This document shows, piece by piece, positions 50,210 to 58,985 of a DNA stretch of 64,000 nt (the first letter of the stretch is position 1; each line of letters starts with the position of its first letter). Source of the DNA: Phycisphaerae bacterium (GTDB lineage: Bacteria; Planctomycetota; Phycisphaerae; UBA1845; Fen-1342); assembly GCA_963666925.2 (NCBI GenBank), contig CAXXTC010000001.1:16435-80434 (forward strand), written 5' to 3'. The notes under the pieces are model-generated. The model did no database searches. It was not told the origin of the DNA and was given only the letters and a program-made list of their open reading frames with translations. Position numbers and translations under genes: made by a program.

Positions 50210-51118
50210 ATGAGTGATGTGATCGGGGACGAGTATCAATCGGTGGGTCCGCTGCCCGGCACGGTTTCCGAGACGGGCGAGATTCTGACGGACATTCAGT
50301 GCAAGCGCTGCTCGTACAATCTGCACGGGCTGAACATGAACGGGCGCTGTCCGGAGTGCGGCTCGCCGATCGGATTGTCGGTGTCGGGGGATCTGCTCCG
50401 GTTTGCCGATCCGCAGTGGGCCGCGACCGTCGGGCGCGGGCTGACCATTATCCTGTGGATGATCCTGGTCGCGATTATCATTAGCTTCATCAACGTGTTT
50501 TTGGTCCGCGTGCTAGGGGCGACTATTCCGGCCCTGCTCGGGTTCGCCGCGTCGGTAGTGTCTTTCTATGGCGTTTGGCTGATGACCGAGCCGGACCCGA
50601 GCGGCATCGGTGAAGACCCCAACCTCACAGCGCGGAAGGTCGTCCGCATCACACTGGTCGTTGCCATCATCGGCGCCGGCTTGGGGGTGTTCCTCCAAGC
50701 GGGGCTCACCGGTTTGCTTGGGACTATTGTGGGCCTGCTTGTCTTCCTGACAACGCTGGTTGGGCTGGCCGGCGAGTTCGCCAAGTTCATTTTCTACGAG
50801 CATCTGGCGAAGCGCATTCCGGACAAGATGGTAGCCAAGCGGGCGCGTTTTCTACGCTGGGCATGGGTTATCACTATGGGCATTGGTGTTTTGGCGGGGG
50901 CGCTGGGCGGGCTTGCGTCGGCAGCCTCGCCCGGCAGCAATGCAGTTGCTGGCATTTTCGCATGCCTCGTGCTGCCCGTTGGTCTGGCATTCCTGGTTTT
51001 CGGCATAATCACAATTTCTATGCTGATTCGGCTGCGCCGGCTGGTCGTCGAGCAGGCGCGCATCGCGGAACAGACCTGGGCCAGTGCAACAGCACCGGGT
51101 GGCCCGACGGTGTATTGA
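50210..51118 (+). CDS. Multi-pass membrane protein with an N-terminal CxxCxYNL..RCPECG zinc ribbon
   Basis: CKRCSYNLHGLNMNGRCPECG followed by about 6 TM segments. Confidence 0.8.
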   Translation: MSDVIGDEYQSVGPLPGTVSETGEILTDIQCKRCSYNLHGLNMNGRCPECGSPIGLSVSGDLLRFADPQWAATVGRGLTIILWMILVAIIISFINVFLVRVLGATIPALLGFAASVVSFYGVWLMTEPDPSGIGEDPNLTARKVVRITLVVAIIGAGLGVFLQAGLTGLLGTIVGLLVFLTTLVGLAGEFAKFIFYEHLAKRIPDKMVAKRARFLRWAWVITMGIGVLAGALGGLASAASPGSNAVAGIFACLVLPVGLAFLVFGIITISMLIRLRRLVVEQARIAEQTWASATAPGGPTVY

Positions 51119-51159
51119 GTCGCGCAAACGGTTCACATCGGCAGATTGAAGTGTGGCTA

Positions 51160-51525
51160 TTACTGGGTGGGGACGACCGGGCTGCGCGTGAAGTAGAACA
51201 CCACGACTGCGGACATCGTCAATGTGATAACGGCTGCACTCAGGAAAAACCCGGCCCATGATAGCCCGGTTGCCTGGTTGCGGCGCTGGCCGGCGGTGGA
51301 CAGGCCGATGAAGAAACCGGCGGCAGCGGTTGCCAGGGATACAAACAGCCCCGCTCCGAGGGCGGGCAGGAACATGCCCTTGGGGTTGTAGTAGACATAA
51401 CGGGCTTCGAGGTCGGCGTTGCGCAGCAGCAGGCCCAGGGTGACGAGCACTGCCACGAGTCCCACGCAGGCCAGTATTACGCTCAGCCTGGATAGACTCT
51501 CGTATGAGATCTTTTTCCGCGCCAC
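51160..51525 (-). CDS. Hypothetical 3-TM membrane protein
   Basis: Three hydrophobic segments; GAGGA before GTG 51525. Confidence 0.65.
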   Translation of the reverse strand: MARKKISYESLSRLSVILACVGLVAVLVTLGLLLRNADLEARYVYYNPKGMFLPALGAGLFVSLATAAAGFFIGLSTAGQRRNQATGLSWAGFFLSAAVITLTMSAVVVFYFTRSPVVPTQ

Positions 51526-51637
51526 GTTTGCCGTCCTCACTTAATGGCCCAGAGCTGCTGACGAATCGAATTCGATCGCCGCAACTGCGGTTGCCCGTTA
51601 CGCCGGCGCATTGTAGCGTGTGGCGGAGACTTGCCAA

Positions 51638-52303
51638 ATGCCACCGAACCAACATGAATCAACGCCGACGAGTCCGGCGGAACGTGGTCGCCCGTTGCGG
51701 CTCGGCGTGCTGATTTCCGGCAGCGGTTCAACGTTGGAAAACCTTATTCAACGCGTGGAGAGCGGCGAACTCCACGGCGTCGAGCTGGGGTTGGTAATCA
51801 GCTCACGCGGGGCGGTACGCGGTGTCTCAGTCGCCCGACAGGCGGGCTTGCCGACCGTGATAATTCGTAAATGCGACTACGCCGGACCGGCGCCATTCTC
51901 GGTGGCAATCGCGGCTGCCCTGGATCAGGCGGGTGTGGACTTGGTCGTGCTGGCCGGGTTTTTGTGCCACTGGAACCTGCCGCAGCGGTATATCGGGCGC
52001 ACGTTGAACATCCACCCGGCCCTGCTGCCCGATTTTGGCGGGCAGGGGATGTATGGCGGGCACGTGCATGCGGCCGTCCTGGCCGCCGGCGCTACAGAGA
52101 CAGGTTGCACCGTGCACCTGGTGGACCAGCAGTACGATCATGGTCCGATTGTGGCCCAGACGCGGGTGCCGGTAGAGCCAGACGACACGCCCGAAACGCT
52201 GGCCGACCGCGTCCAACAGGCCGAGCGTGATCTATATCCGCTTGTCATACAACAAGTTGCGGACGATGGGCTGGGCTGGTTAGCGGGATTCGCGACGGGG
52301 TGA
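51638..52303 (+). CDS. purN: Phosphoribosylglycinamide formyltransferase
   Basis: VLISGSGSTL, LNIHPALLP, GCTVHLVD..YDHGPI. Confidence 0.95.
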   Translation: MPPNQHESTPTSPAERGRPLRLGVLISGSGSTLENLIQRVESGELHGVELGLVISSRGAVRGVSVARQAGLPTVIIRKCDYAGPAPFSVAIAAALDQAGVDLVVLAGFLCHWNLPQRYIGRTLNIHPALLPDFGGQGMYGGHVHAAVLAAGATETGCTVHLVDQQYDHGPIVAQTRVPVEPDDTPETLADRVQQAERDLYPLVIQQVADDGLGWLAGFATG

Positions 52304-52339
52304 AGGATGGGGGCGTGAGTTCAATCGTCCGAACCCGAA

Positions 52340-52409
52340 GTGGGGCGGGCGTCTCGCCCGCCGAGCTGGGCGCGCAAGATCAACAAGTCGGCCGAGACGG
52401 CCGACCCAC
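52340..52409. repeat. REP-like heterodoublet (family A 52340-52362 plus inverted family B 52387-52409)
   Basis: Same composite as 16563-16634, including the flanking tcaRcaa and cctc. Confidence 0.8.
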
Positions 52410-52425
52410 CTCGGAGTGGGGGGGC

Positions 52426-53565
52426 TTACTCGTAGGACTGTGCGGCGACGAACTCGACACAGCCGACGGGGCGGGCGGTTAGGCAGAGGTGGATCAGGTG
52501 GTCGACAGCTGAGCTGAGGGGTTCGGGCGGCGCGCTGGTGTCGAGGAGTCGCTGGATTTCGGCCGCCGCTGCAGTGATCACTCCGAAGCCATAGGAACCC
52601 GCCTGACCACGCAGGTCGTGAGCAACCTCGGCGAGCTGTTCGAGGTCGTTTTCGGCGAAGCATTGGGCCACCCGGCGGGCGTGGATGGGCAATCCCTGTA
52701 CGAATGAGTCGATTAGCGGTGTGAGCGTGACATCGTGCGCGAGCGTGCTGACGGTCGGCTTATCCATGAGGGCCGTCAGGAGTCGGCGAACGGCGCCCCG
52801 TGTGAGCGGTTTGCGGAGATAGCCGGTCAGGCCGGTGTCTACGCAGCGCTGGTAGATGTCGTTGGTTATCTGGACGCCGTAGCCGACGATCGAGCCGACG
52901 AATCCCAGGTGGCGGAGCCGGGTGGCGACCTCGAAGGGTGGATAATCGTGGGATTCGAGGTCGAGCATGACCAGGTCGCAGCAGTCGGCGAAAGCCCGGC
53001 GGACGATTTCGTCGGCGTCGTGGACGTCCAGCAACGTATCAACGTTCAGGCCGCGGAGAAAGCTGCGGATGAGCTGACAGATGTCGTCGTTGTCGTCGGC
53101 GATCATGGCACGCAGGAAGCGGGCGGCAGGGGTGAAGGCGCCGATGTCGATGGGGCGATCGAACTTGACCGCGATCTCGTGCAGCGCGCCGGACCCGAGG
53201 ACATAGCGGCAACGGATGACGAGTCCAAGGACGTGTTGGGCGTGGTGGTGGGGTCCGATAAGTCGCAGCCGGCACCTGCTCCCGGGGTAGACCATCCCCC
53301 GATTGAGCAGGGCGACTCCGCCGCGGCTGAGATTGCGTCCGACGGCACCGAAGCAGGTCGTGGGACCGTGATCGTCCAGCAATTCAAGGCTGACGTCGGC
53401 GGCGCGATAGGCGTAGCGGTCCCAGCAGCGCAATTCGTGTCCGCTGCCCTGTCTGGCCTGATTGTCGAGCTGGTTGAGGAAGCTGCGGACGTCACTCAGC
53501 TCGAGGCGGGGGGGCTCACGAGAGGCCAGGTCGAACCGCGACAAGTAGCGCTCGTTCTGATCCAA
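52426..53565 (-). CDS. PilZ-REC-Hpt signalling protein
   Basis: PilZ RCWDR..NLSRGG..IAVKF; REC IADD..MLD..RKP; Hpt AHDLRGQAGSYG. TTG start chosen, uncertain. Confidence 0.8.
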   Translation of the reverse strand: MDQNERYLSRFDLASREPPRLELSDVRSFLNQLDNQARQGSGHELRCWDRYAYRAADVSLELLDDHGPTTCFGAVGRNLSRGGVALLNRGMVYPGSRCRLRLIGPHHHAQHVLGLVIRCRYVLGSGALHEIAVKFDRPIDIGAFTPAARFLRAMIADDNDDICQLIRSFLRGLNVDTLLDVHDADEIVRRAFADCCDLVMLDLESHDYPPFEVATRLRHLGFVGSIVGYGVQITNDIYQRCVDTGLTGYLRKPLTRGAVRRLLTALMDKPTVSTLAHDVTLTPLIDSFVQGLPIHARRVAQCFAENDLEQLAEVAHDLRGQAGSYGFGVITAAAAEIQRLLDTSAPPEPLSSAVDHLIHLCLTARPVGCVEFVAAQSYE

Positions 53566-53758
53566 GTGTTTGTCCCGTAATTGATTAAGTGCAATCCGCC
53601 GCCGGCGCCCGTGGATGCCGATGGATATACTGCCAGTTCTACTTATCGACCCTTCGGGCGGTTCAGGCTTAGCCGAGTCCCCCGGCCGCGTTGACGCCGA
53701 CACCCGCGAAGCGTTACAAGACCCGCTGGCACAACTTTGCCAGGGCAAGGAACCGTTC

Positions 53759-54688
53759 ATGCGTGTATTAATCACCGGATCCAGCGGACAGATCGGTACG
53801 AACCTGGGATTGCAGCTCATGGAGCGGGGCGACGAGGTGGTAGGGATCGACCTGCGTCCCAACACCTGGACCGATCGCCTGCCGACGGTCGTGCACAACC
53901 TGCTCAGCGGTCAGCCGGGCGATTTGCCGGTCGAGGGGCGGTTTGATGCGGTCGTCCACTTGGCCGCTCACGCGAAGGTTTTTGAGCTGGTCGAGCAGCC
54001 GCACCGGGCGATGGAGAACGTGTCGACGCTGTTTTGCACGCTGGAATACGCCCGGCAGAACAAGACGCCGATCATCTTCGGCAGCTCGCGCGAGGTGTAT
54101 GGCGATATTCATCGGCACGTGACGGAGGAGACGCAGGCGGATTTCGTGGTCGCGGAGAGTCCGTACAGCGCGTCGAAGATCGCCGGCGAGGCGTTCATCT
54201 ATTCGTACGCCGAGTGTTACGATCTGCCGTTCCTGGTTTTCCGCTTCAGCAATGTTTATGGCCGATATGACTGCGACATCGAGCGCATGGAGCGAGTGAT
54301 TCCGCTGTTCATTCGGCGGATTGAACGGGGCGAGCCGATCGTCGTGTTCGGCAGGGACAAGGTGCTTGATTTCACGTATGTGGATGATTGCACGACGGGG
54401 GTGATGCGAGCGATTGATGCGCTGGTCGAGCGGCGAGTGACGCAGCAGACGATTAACTTGGCTTATGGGCAGGGCGCGACGCTGCTGGATTTGGTGAACC
54501 TGATCTCGCTGTCGTTGGGCAAGGAGCCCAACGCGCGTTACGAGCCTTCGCGGTCGGGCGAGGTGACGCGCTACGTGGCTGACATCAGCAAGGCGCGCCA
54601 ACTGCTGGGCTATGAGCCGCAGGTGCCGTTGACGGCGGGCGTACCGCTGGCGGTGAAGTGGCAGCGTGAGCAGGGCGTGCTCGGCTGA
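53759..54688 (+). CDS. NAD-dependent nucleotide-sugar epimerase/dehydratase (extended SDR)
   Basis: LITGSSGQIG, HLAA, SSREVYG, YSASK, NVYG, DFTYVDD. Confidence 0.92.
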   Translation: MRVLITGSSGQIGTNLGLQLMERGDEVVGIDLRPNTWTDRLPTVVHNLLSGQPGDLPVEGRFDAVVHLAAHAKVFELVEQPHRAMENVSTLFCTLEYARQNKTPIIFGSSREVYGDIHRHVTEETQADFVVAESPYSASKIAGEAFIYSYAECYDLPFLVFRFSNVYGRYDCDIERMERVIPLFIRRIERGEPIVVFGRDKVLDFTYVDDCTTGVMRAIDALVERRVTQQTINLAYGQGATLLDLVNLISLSLGKEPNARYEPSRSGEVTRYVADISKARQLLGYEPQVPLTAGVPLAVKWQREQGVLG

Positions 54689-54713
54689 GCGGCGTCGGCG
54701 GCGCTGGTGAGGA

Positions 54714-55730
54714 ATGACGGAGGTCGGCTTGGACGCCCAGCGGCTGCTGCTAACTCCTATCGCGCTGGCCTATCGGGGTGTTATCGCGCTGCGTAATCGC
54801 TACTACGACCATCACGCCGGCGCTGTGTACCGGGTGGGCGTGCCGGTCATCAGCGTGGGCAACCTGACGGTTGGCGGCACCGGCAAGACACCAACGGTGA
54901 TCGAGATTGTCCGGCACATGGTGGCGTTGGGTGGTCGGCCGGCGATTTTGACGCGGGGGTACCGGGCGCGTTCGGATGAGATTGCCGACGAAGTGCTAGA
55001 ATTCAACGAGTCGCTGCCAAACGTGCCGGTGGTGGTAGATGCTGACCGGGTCAGTGGTGCGGCGCGGGCGCGGGGCGAACACGGGGCCGACTGTCTGGTG
55101 CTGGACGATGGTTTTCAACATCGCCGACTGGCTCGCGATCTGGATTTGGTGTTGATCGACGCCCTGCGGCCGTTCGGCGGCGAAGCGTTATTGCCGGCAG
55201 GTCGGCTGCGTGAGCCGCTGAGCAGCCTGCGCCGAGCCGATGTGCTGATCCTCACGCGCAGCAACCAGGTCAGCGACGCACGTCGGGCGGAACTGGTCCG
55301 GCGGCTGAACCGACTGGCGCCGGGGCGACCGTTGGTGGAAGCGCAGGTAGTCGCCGACTTCGTGCGTCAGAACGACGCGACACTAGCCGCGGAGGAATTG
55401 AGCGGCGTACAGTCGCTGGCAGTGTGTGGATTGGGGAACCCGGAGACGTTCGCCCGGCTGCTCGGTACGCTGGGGGCAAGCGTCGCGGGTATGCTGAGTT
55501 TGGCCGACCATCAGCACTATGACGAACGATTGGCGGAGCGGATCGTGGCGGCGGCGCTGGACGCGGGGGTGAAAACAGTCGTGACAACCCGCAAAGATTG
55601 GGTCAAACTGTCGCAGGTCTGGCCCGACGGTGGGGTGGCTTTGTTGCGGCTCGACGTGCGCACCGAGTTCACCCGCGGGTCCGACGTGCTTGAGGGTTGC
55701 TTGCGCAGCCTGCTGGAGGATGCCCGGTGA
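54714..55730 (+). CDS. lpxK: Tetraacyldisaccharide 4'-kinase
   Basis: SVGNLTVGGTGKTP, LTRGY, LDDGFQH, LPAGRLRE, DH, TTRKDWVK. Confidence 0.95.
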   Translation: MTEVGLDAQRLLLTPIALAYRGVIALRNRYYDHHAGAVYRVGVPVISVGNLTVGGTGKTPTVIEIVRHMVALGGRPAILTRGYRARSDEIADEVLEFNESLPNVPVVVDADRVSGAARARGEHGADCLVLDDGFQHRRLARDLDLVLIDALRPFGGEALLPAGRLREPLSSLRRADVLILTRSNQVSDARRAELVRRLNRLAPGRPLVEAQVVADFVRQNDATLAAEELSGVQSLAVCGLGNPETFARLLGTLGASVAGMLSLADHQHYDERLAERIVAAALDAGVKTVVTTRKDWVKLSQVWPDGGVALLRLDVRTEFTRGSDVLEGCLRSLLEDAR

Positions 55731-56707
55731 GCCAATCCGGATACAACCCGCTGCCCCTGGAGTGGTCGCACCTGCGCATGAAATCGCGTGATGAGCGTGC
55801 GCACAAGGTGGCGGTCGCGGCGCTGGCCCGACCGGTGGACGCGGGCTGCACGTTCCGCGATTGGTTTGCGGCCTTGCCGGCTTTTCTGGGGGCAGACCAG
55901 TTGCGACAGACCGTGGCCGCCATCGTCGCGGCCCGCCGGGCGGGGCGGCCGGTGGTGTTCGGCTTCGGCGGACACGTAGTCAAGACGGGCTGTTCGCCGC
56001 TGGTTATTGATCTGATCAAACGCGGCATCATCACGACGGTCTGCACAAATGGCTCGGGGGTGATCCACGACCTGGAGCTGGCCGAAACGGGCGCGACCAG
56101 CGAAGAAGTGGCCGACACGATCCGCGACGGCAGCTTCGGCATGGTGCACGAGACGTGCGAGCAGATGAACTCGGCAGTCGGGCTGGCCGCTGAGGTCGGC
56201 GGCCTGGGGCGGGCGATCGGCAAGCTGCTCGCGGATGGTTCTGCACCATACCGCGACCTGAGCATCTTCGTGGCGGCGGCGCGGGCGAACATACCGGCCA
56301 CGGTGCACGTGGCCATCGGCACCGACACGGTGCACATGCATCCGGAAGCTGACGGGGCGGCGTTGGGGGCGGCCACGCTGGCAGATTTCCGCACGCTGTG
56401 CGCCGTCGTGGCCGACCTCGGGGCTGCGGCGCCGGGCGACGCAGGTGGTGTGTTTCTCAATTTTGGCTCGGCCGTGATTCTGCCGGAGGTGTTCCTGAAA
56501 GCGGTGTCGGTGGCCCGCAACCTGGGGCACGATCTGGCGGGCATGCACACCGCGAATTTCGACATGTTGCGTCACTATCGCCCGACGCAAAACGTCGTGC
56601 AGCGCCCGGTTGAGGCCGGCCATGGCCACAGCGTGACCGGACACCACGAGCTGATGCTGCCGCTGTTGCGCCAGGCGGTGATCGAAGCGTTGGCGGAGTC
56701 GGGCTGA
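55727..56707 (+). CDS. Deoxyhypusine-synthase-like fold protein of unknown function
   Basis: GGHVVKTG, NGSGVIHDLE, HVAIGTD, GSAVILPEVFLKA, GHHELMLP. GTGA overlap with lpxK. Confidence 0.7.
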   Translation: MSQSGYNPLPLEWSHLRMKSRDERAHKVAVAALARPVDAGCTFRDWFAALPAFLGADQLRQTVAAIVAARRAGRPVVFGFGGHVVKTGCSPLVIDLIKRGIITTVCTNGSGVIHDLELAETGATSEEVADTIRDGSFGMVHETCEQMNSAVGLAAEVGGLGRAIGKLLADGSAPYRDLSIFVAAARANIPATVHVAIGTDTVHMHPEADGAALGAATLADFRTLCAVVADLGAAAPGDAGGVFLNFGSAVILPEVFLKAVSVARNLGHDLAGMHTANFDMLRHYRPTQNVVQRPVEAGHGHSVTGHHELMLPLLRQAVIEALAESG

Positions 56708-57123
56708 TGAGCACGCCGGTTCCCACAAACAGCGAACAACCCCAGGCGCCGCCGGCCACGCCTGAGCAGCCACCGTCGGCCTTCAAACCTGATCCGCCGC
56801 AGGTGAGTGATAATGCGGAGCGCGTATCGCCAGCTCCGGAGCTGCGCGATCTGGTCGAGAGCGTGCGCCAGCTCGAGCAAACACACCACCAAGTGCGCGA
56901 ACAACTCGACCGGATCTCCCACGAGCGTGCCTATCGCGATTTTTCCATGTTGCGGCTGTTGGCGGCGATGCTTCAGGCGATAGTTATCGGGCTGCTCGTC
57001 GTGGCGGTAGCGGATTGGGTCTATGGTGTGTCGGCGGCGCGCCAGTTAGTGACGCTGGCGTTTGCCGGCGTGCTGCAACTGGGCACGCTGACGGCCGTCA
57101 GCGCGGCGCGCTGGTCATCCTGA
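56707..57123 (+). CDS. Hypothetical protein (Pro-rich N-terminus, coiled coil, 2 TM)
   Basis: TGATG coupling with the upstream gene; hydrophobic C-terminal segments. Confidence 0.7.
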   Translation: MSTPVPTNSEQPQAPPATPEQPPSAFKPDPPQVSDNAERVSPAPELRDLVESVRQLEQTHHQVREQLDRISHERAYRDFSMLRLLAAMLQAIVIGLLVVAVADWVYGVSAARQLVTLAFAGVLQLGTLTAVSAARWSS

Positions 57124-57143
57124 TCATTTCCCCCGGGGCTCGG

Positions 57144-57476
57144 TTATTTCAGGTTGGCGATGGCGTCCTCGACGGTCGGATAGACCTCGAAGAAAGCGTC
57201 TAGGCGGGTGGCCTGGAAGACGCCGGCGACGAAGTTCGACGGTGCCGCGATTACTAGGCGTGATTCCTGGATGTTGGCCTGGGCGTTCATGCGAACCAGC
57301 TCGCCCAGCCCGGTGGAGTTCATAAAGGGTACGCCGCCGGCATCGACGATGATGCGTTTGCCGGGGCCGGTGAACAGCTCGGAGATTGCCTCGACGACTT
57401 CGGGTGCGTCGTCGATCAGTTCGCCGTCCAGCCGGACTATCGTGATGCCGTCCTGTTCCTTCAGGTGTATGTCCAT
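57144..57476 (-). CDS. STAS domain anti-sigma factor antagonist
   Basis: IVRLDGEL, IVDAGGVPFMNSTGLGEL (phospho-Ser region), FEVYPTVEDA. Confidence 0.9.
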   Translation of the reverse strand: MDIHLKEQDGITIVRLDGELIDDAPEVVEAISELFTGPGKRIIVDAGGVPFMNSTGLGELVRMNAQANIQESRLVIAAPSNFVAGVFQATRLDAFFEVYPTVEDAIANLK

Positions 57477-57597
57477 GGCAACCTAGCTCCGCGCGTGGCG
57501 CTGTGAAGGTGTTGTCTGTCGGTCCGGCCGATCAGCGTAGTCGGTGATTCGCTCTGAGGCAACGCGTAGTATTAATCGGGGCGTCGCTGTTCGATGT

Positions 57598-58593
57598 TTA
57601 CGCTCGTGGCACGCGCACTTCGACCCATTCGGTGTCCGCGGTGAGTTCCAGGCGTCGGTCCGGGCCGGCAGCGGGCAGCAGGACCGTGTCGCCGGCGGCG
57701 AAAGGGCAATCGCCCGCGGTTGTATGCAGACAGCCGGCCCCGCGCAGCACCATCCAGATAGCTAATTCGCCCGTGGGTACGGCCGCCGACAGGCCGGCGG
57801 TGAGCCGAACCATGTCCATCGTGAAGCGGTCGCACTCGGCGGCGCGGGTGGCGGCGGAGACCAGACCGGCGACCTGACGCGCCGGCTGGTGGATCATCTC
57901 ACGCGTGACGTCGTAACGGATGTTGCTGAGGGATTGGTCGATGTGCAGCTCGCGGGGTTGGCCGTCGAGGCCGACTCGGCCCCAGTCATACGCGCGGTAG
58001 GTGATGTCCGAGGGCGTCTGTATTTCAGCGACGACCAGCCCGGCCCCCAGCGCGTGCAGCGTACCACTGGGCAGGTAATAGCACTGCCCCGGCGTGCCCT
58101 CCCAAGCTTCGAGCAGGTTGACCATCGCGGGCGTGTTGGCGGCCTGCGCTACGTCCGCGGGTGTCACCCCCGGCTTGAGCCCAATGTACAGCTTGGCGCC
58201 GGGGTCAGCGTGCAGCACGTACCACGCCTCGTGCTTGATGCCGGGCTTGCGGCCGAGCGGATCGTCGTCGGCGGGCTTGGGGTGCACCTGGACGCTGAGG
58301 TTTTCGCACGCGTCGAGGAACTTGATCAGCAGGGGAAAACGCTGGTCGACCAAGTCTACGCCGCCGAGCAGATCGTCGCCCCACAACGAGACCAACTTGC
58401 TCAGGCTGCGGCCGGCCAGCGGGCCGCGGAGCACGTGCGATTCGTTCTCGGGCAGGCTAACCAGCTCCCACGACTCGCCGATGGTTTCGTCCGCGGGGAG
58501 CGGCTTGTCAAACAGGTCGGCCAGACGCCGCCCGCCCCAGGGCTTGGGCTTGAACAGCGGCTCGCACACCACGGGTAAAGGAGCGGTGTTCAT
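57598..58593 (-). CDS. manA: Class I mannose-6-phosphate isomerase (cupin)
   Basis: PWGG, IGESWE, FPLLIKFLD, LSVQVHP, KHEAWY, GTLHA, EIQTPSDITYR. Confidence 0.92.
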   Translation of the reverse strand: MNTAPLPVVCEPLFKPKPWGGRRLADLFDKPLPADETIGESWELVSLPENESHVLRGPLAGRSLSKLVSLWGDDLLGGVDLVDQRFPLLIKFLDACENLSVQVHPKPADDDPLGRKPGIKHEAWYVLHADPGAKLYIGLKPGVTPADVAQAANTPAMVNLLEAWEGTPGQCYYLPSGTLHALGAGLVVAEIQTPSDITYRAYDWGRVGLDGQPRELHIDQSLSNIRYDVTREMIHQPARQVAGLVSAATRAAECDRFTMDMVRLTAGLSAAVPTGELAIWMVLRGAGCLHTTAGDCPFAAGDTVLLPAAGPDRRLELTADTEWVEVRVPRA

Positions 58594-58985
58594 GGCGTTT
58601 CCTCGGGTTGGTCAGCGGCCTGCTCGGGCAGCGTCAGCCAGGGCCGCAGGCGCTCGACCGTCGCCGGTCCGATGCGTTTCACGTGAGCCAGATCGTCGGC
58701 CGACTCGAACGCCGGCTGCGTCGTCAGTGATTCGCGATATTCGATGATGGCGGCAGCCAGACGCGGTCCGATGCGCGGCAGGAGCTCCAGCTCGGCGGCG
58801 CTGGCGGTGTTGGGATCGATCCGCCAGAGCAGGGCGGCTTGCTCAAGTGGTTGGCCGGTCGGCGTCTGCCACCACCACGCGAGGGTGGTGCCCTGGACGA
58901 GCATCAGCACCAGGACGGCTGCAAAAGCGGCCGACCACCAGCGGCGCTGGTTCAACGCCGGCGTTTCTGTGTCGGTGGATGTCAT
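58590..58985 (-). CDS. comEA: ComEA-like helix-hairpin-helix DNA-binding protein with an N-terminal TM anchor
   Basis: IDPNTASAAELELLPRIGPRLAAAIIEYR..DLAHVKRIGP. ATGA overlaps on both sides. Confidence 0.8.
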   Translation of the reverse strand: MTSTDTETPALNQRRWWSAAFAAVLVLMLVQGTTLAWWWQTPTGQPLEQAALLWRIDPNTASAAELELLPRIGPRLAAAIIEYRESLTTQPAFESADDLAHVKRIGPATVERLRPWLTLPEQAADQPEETP

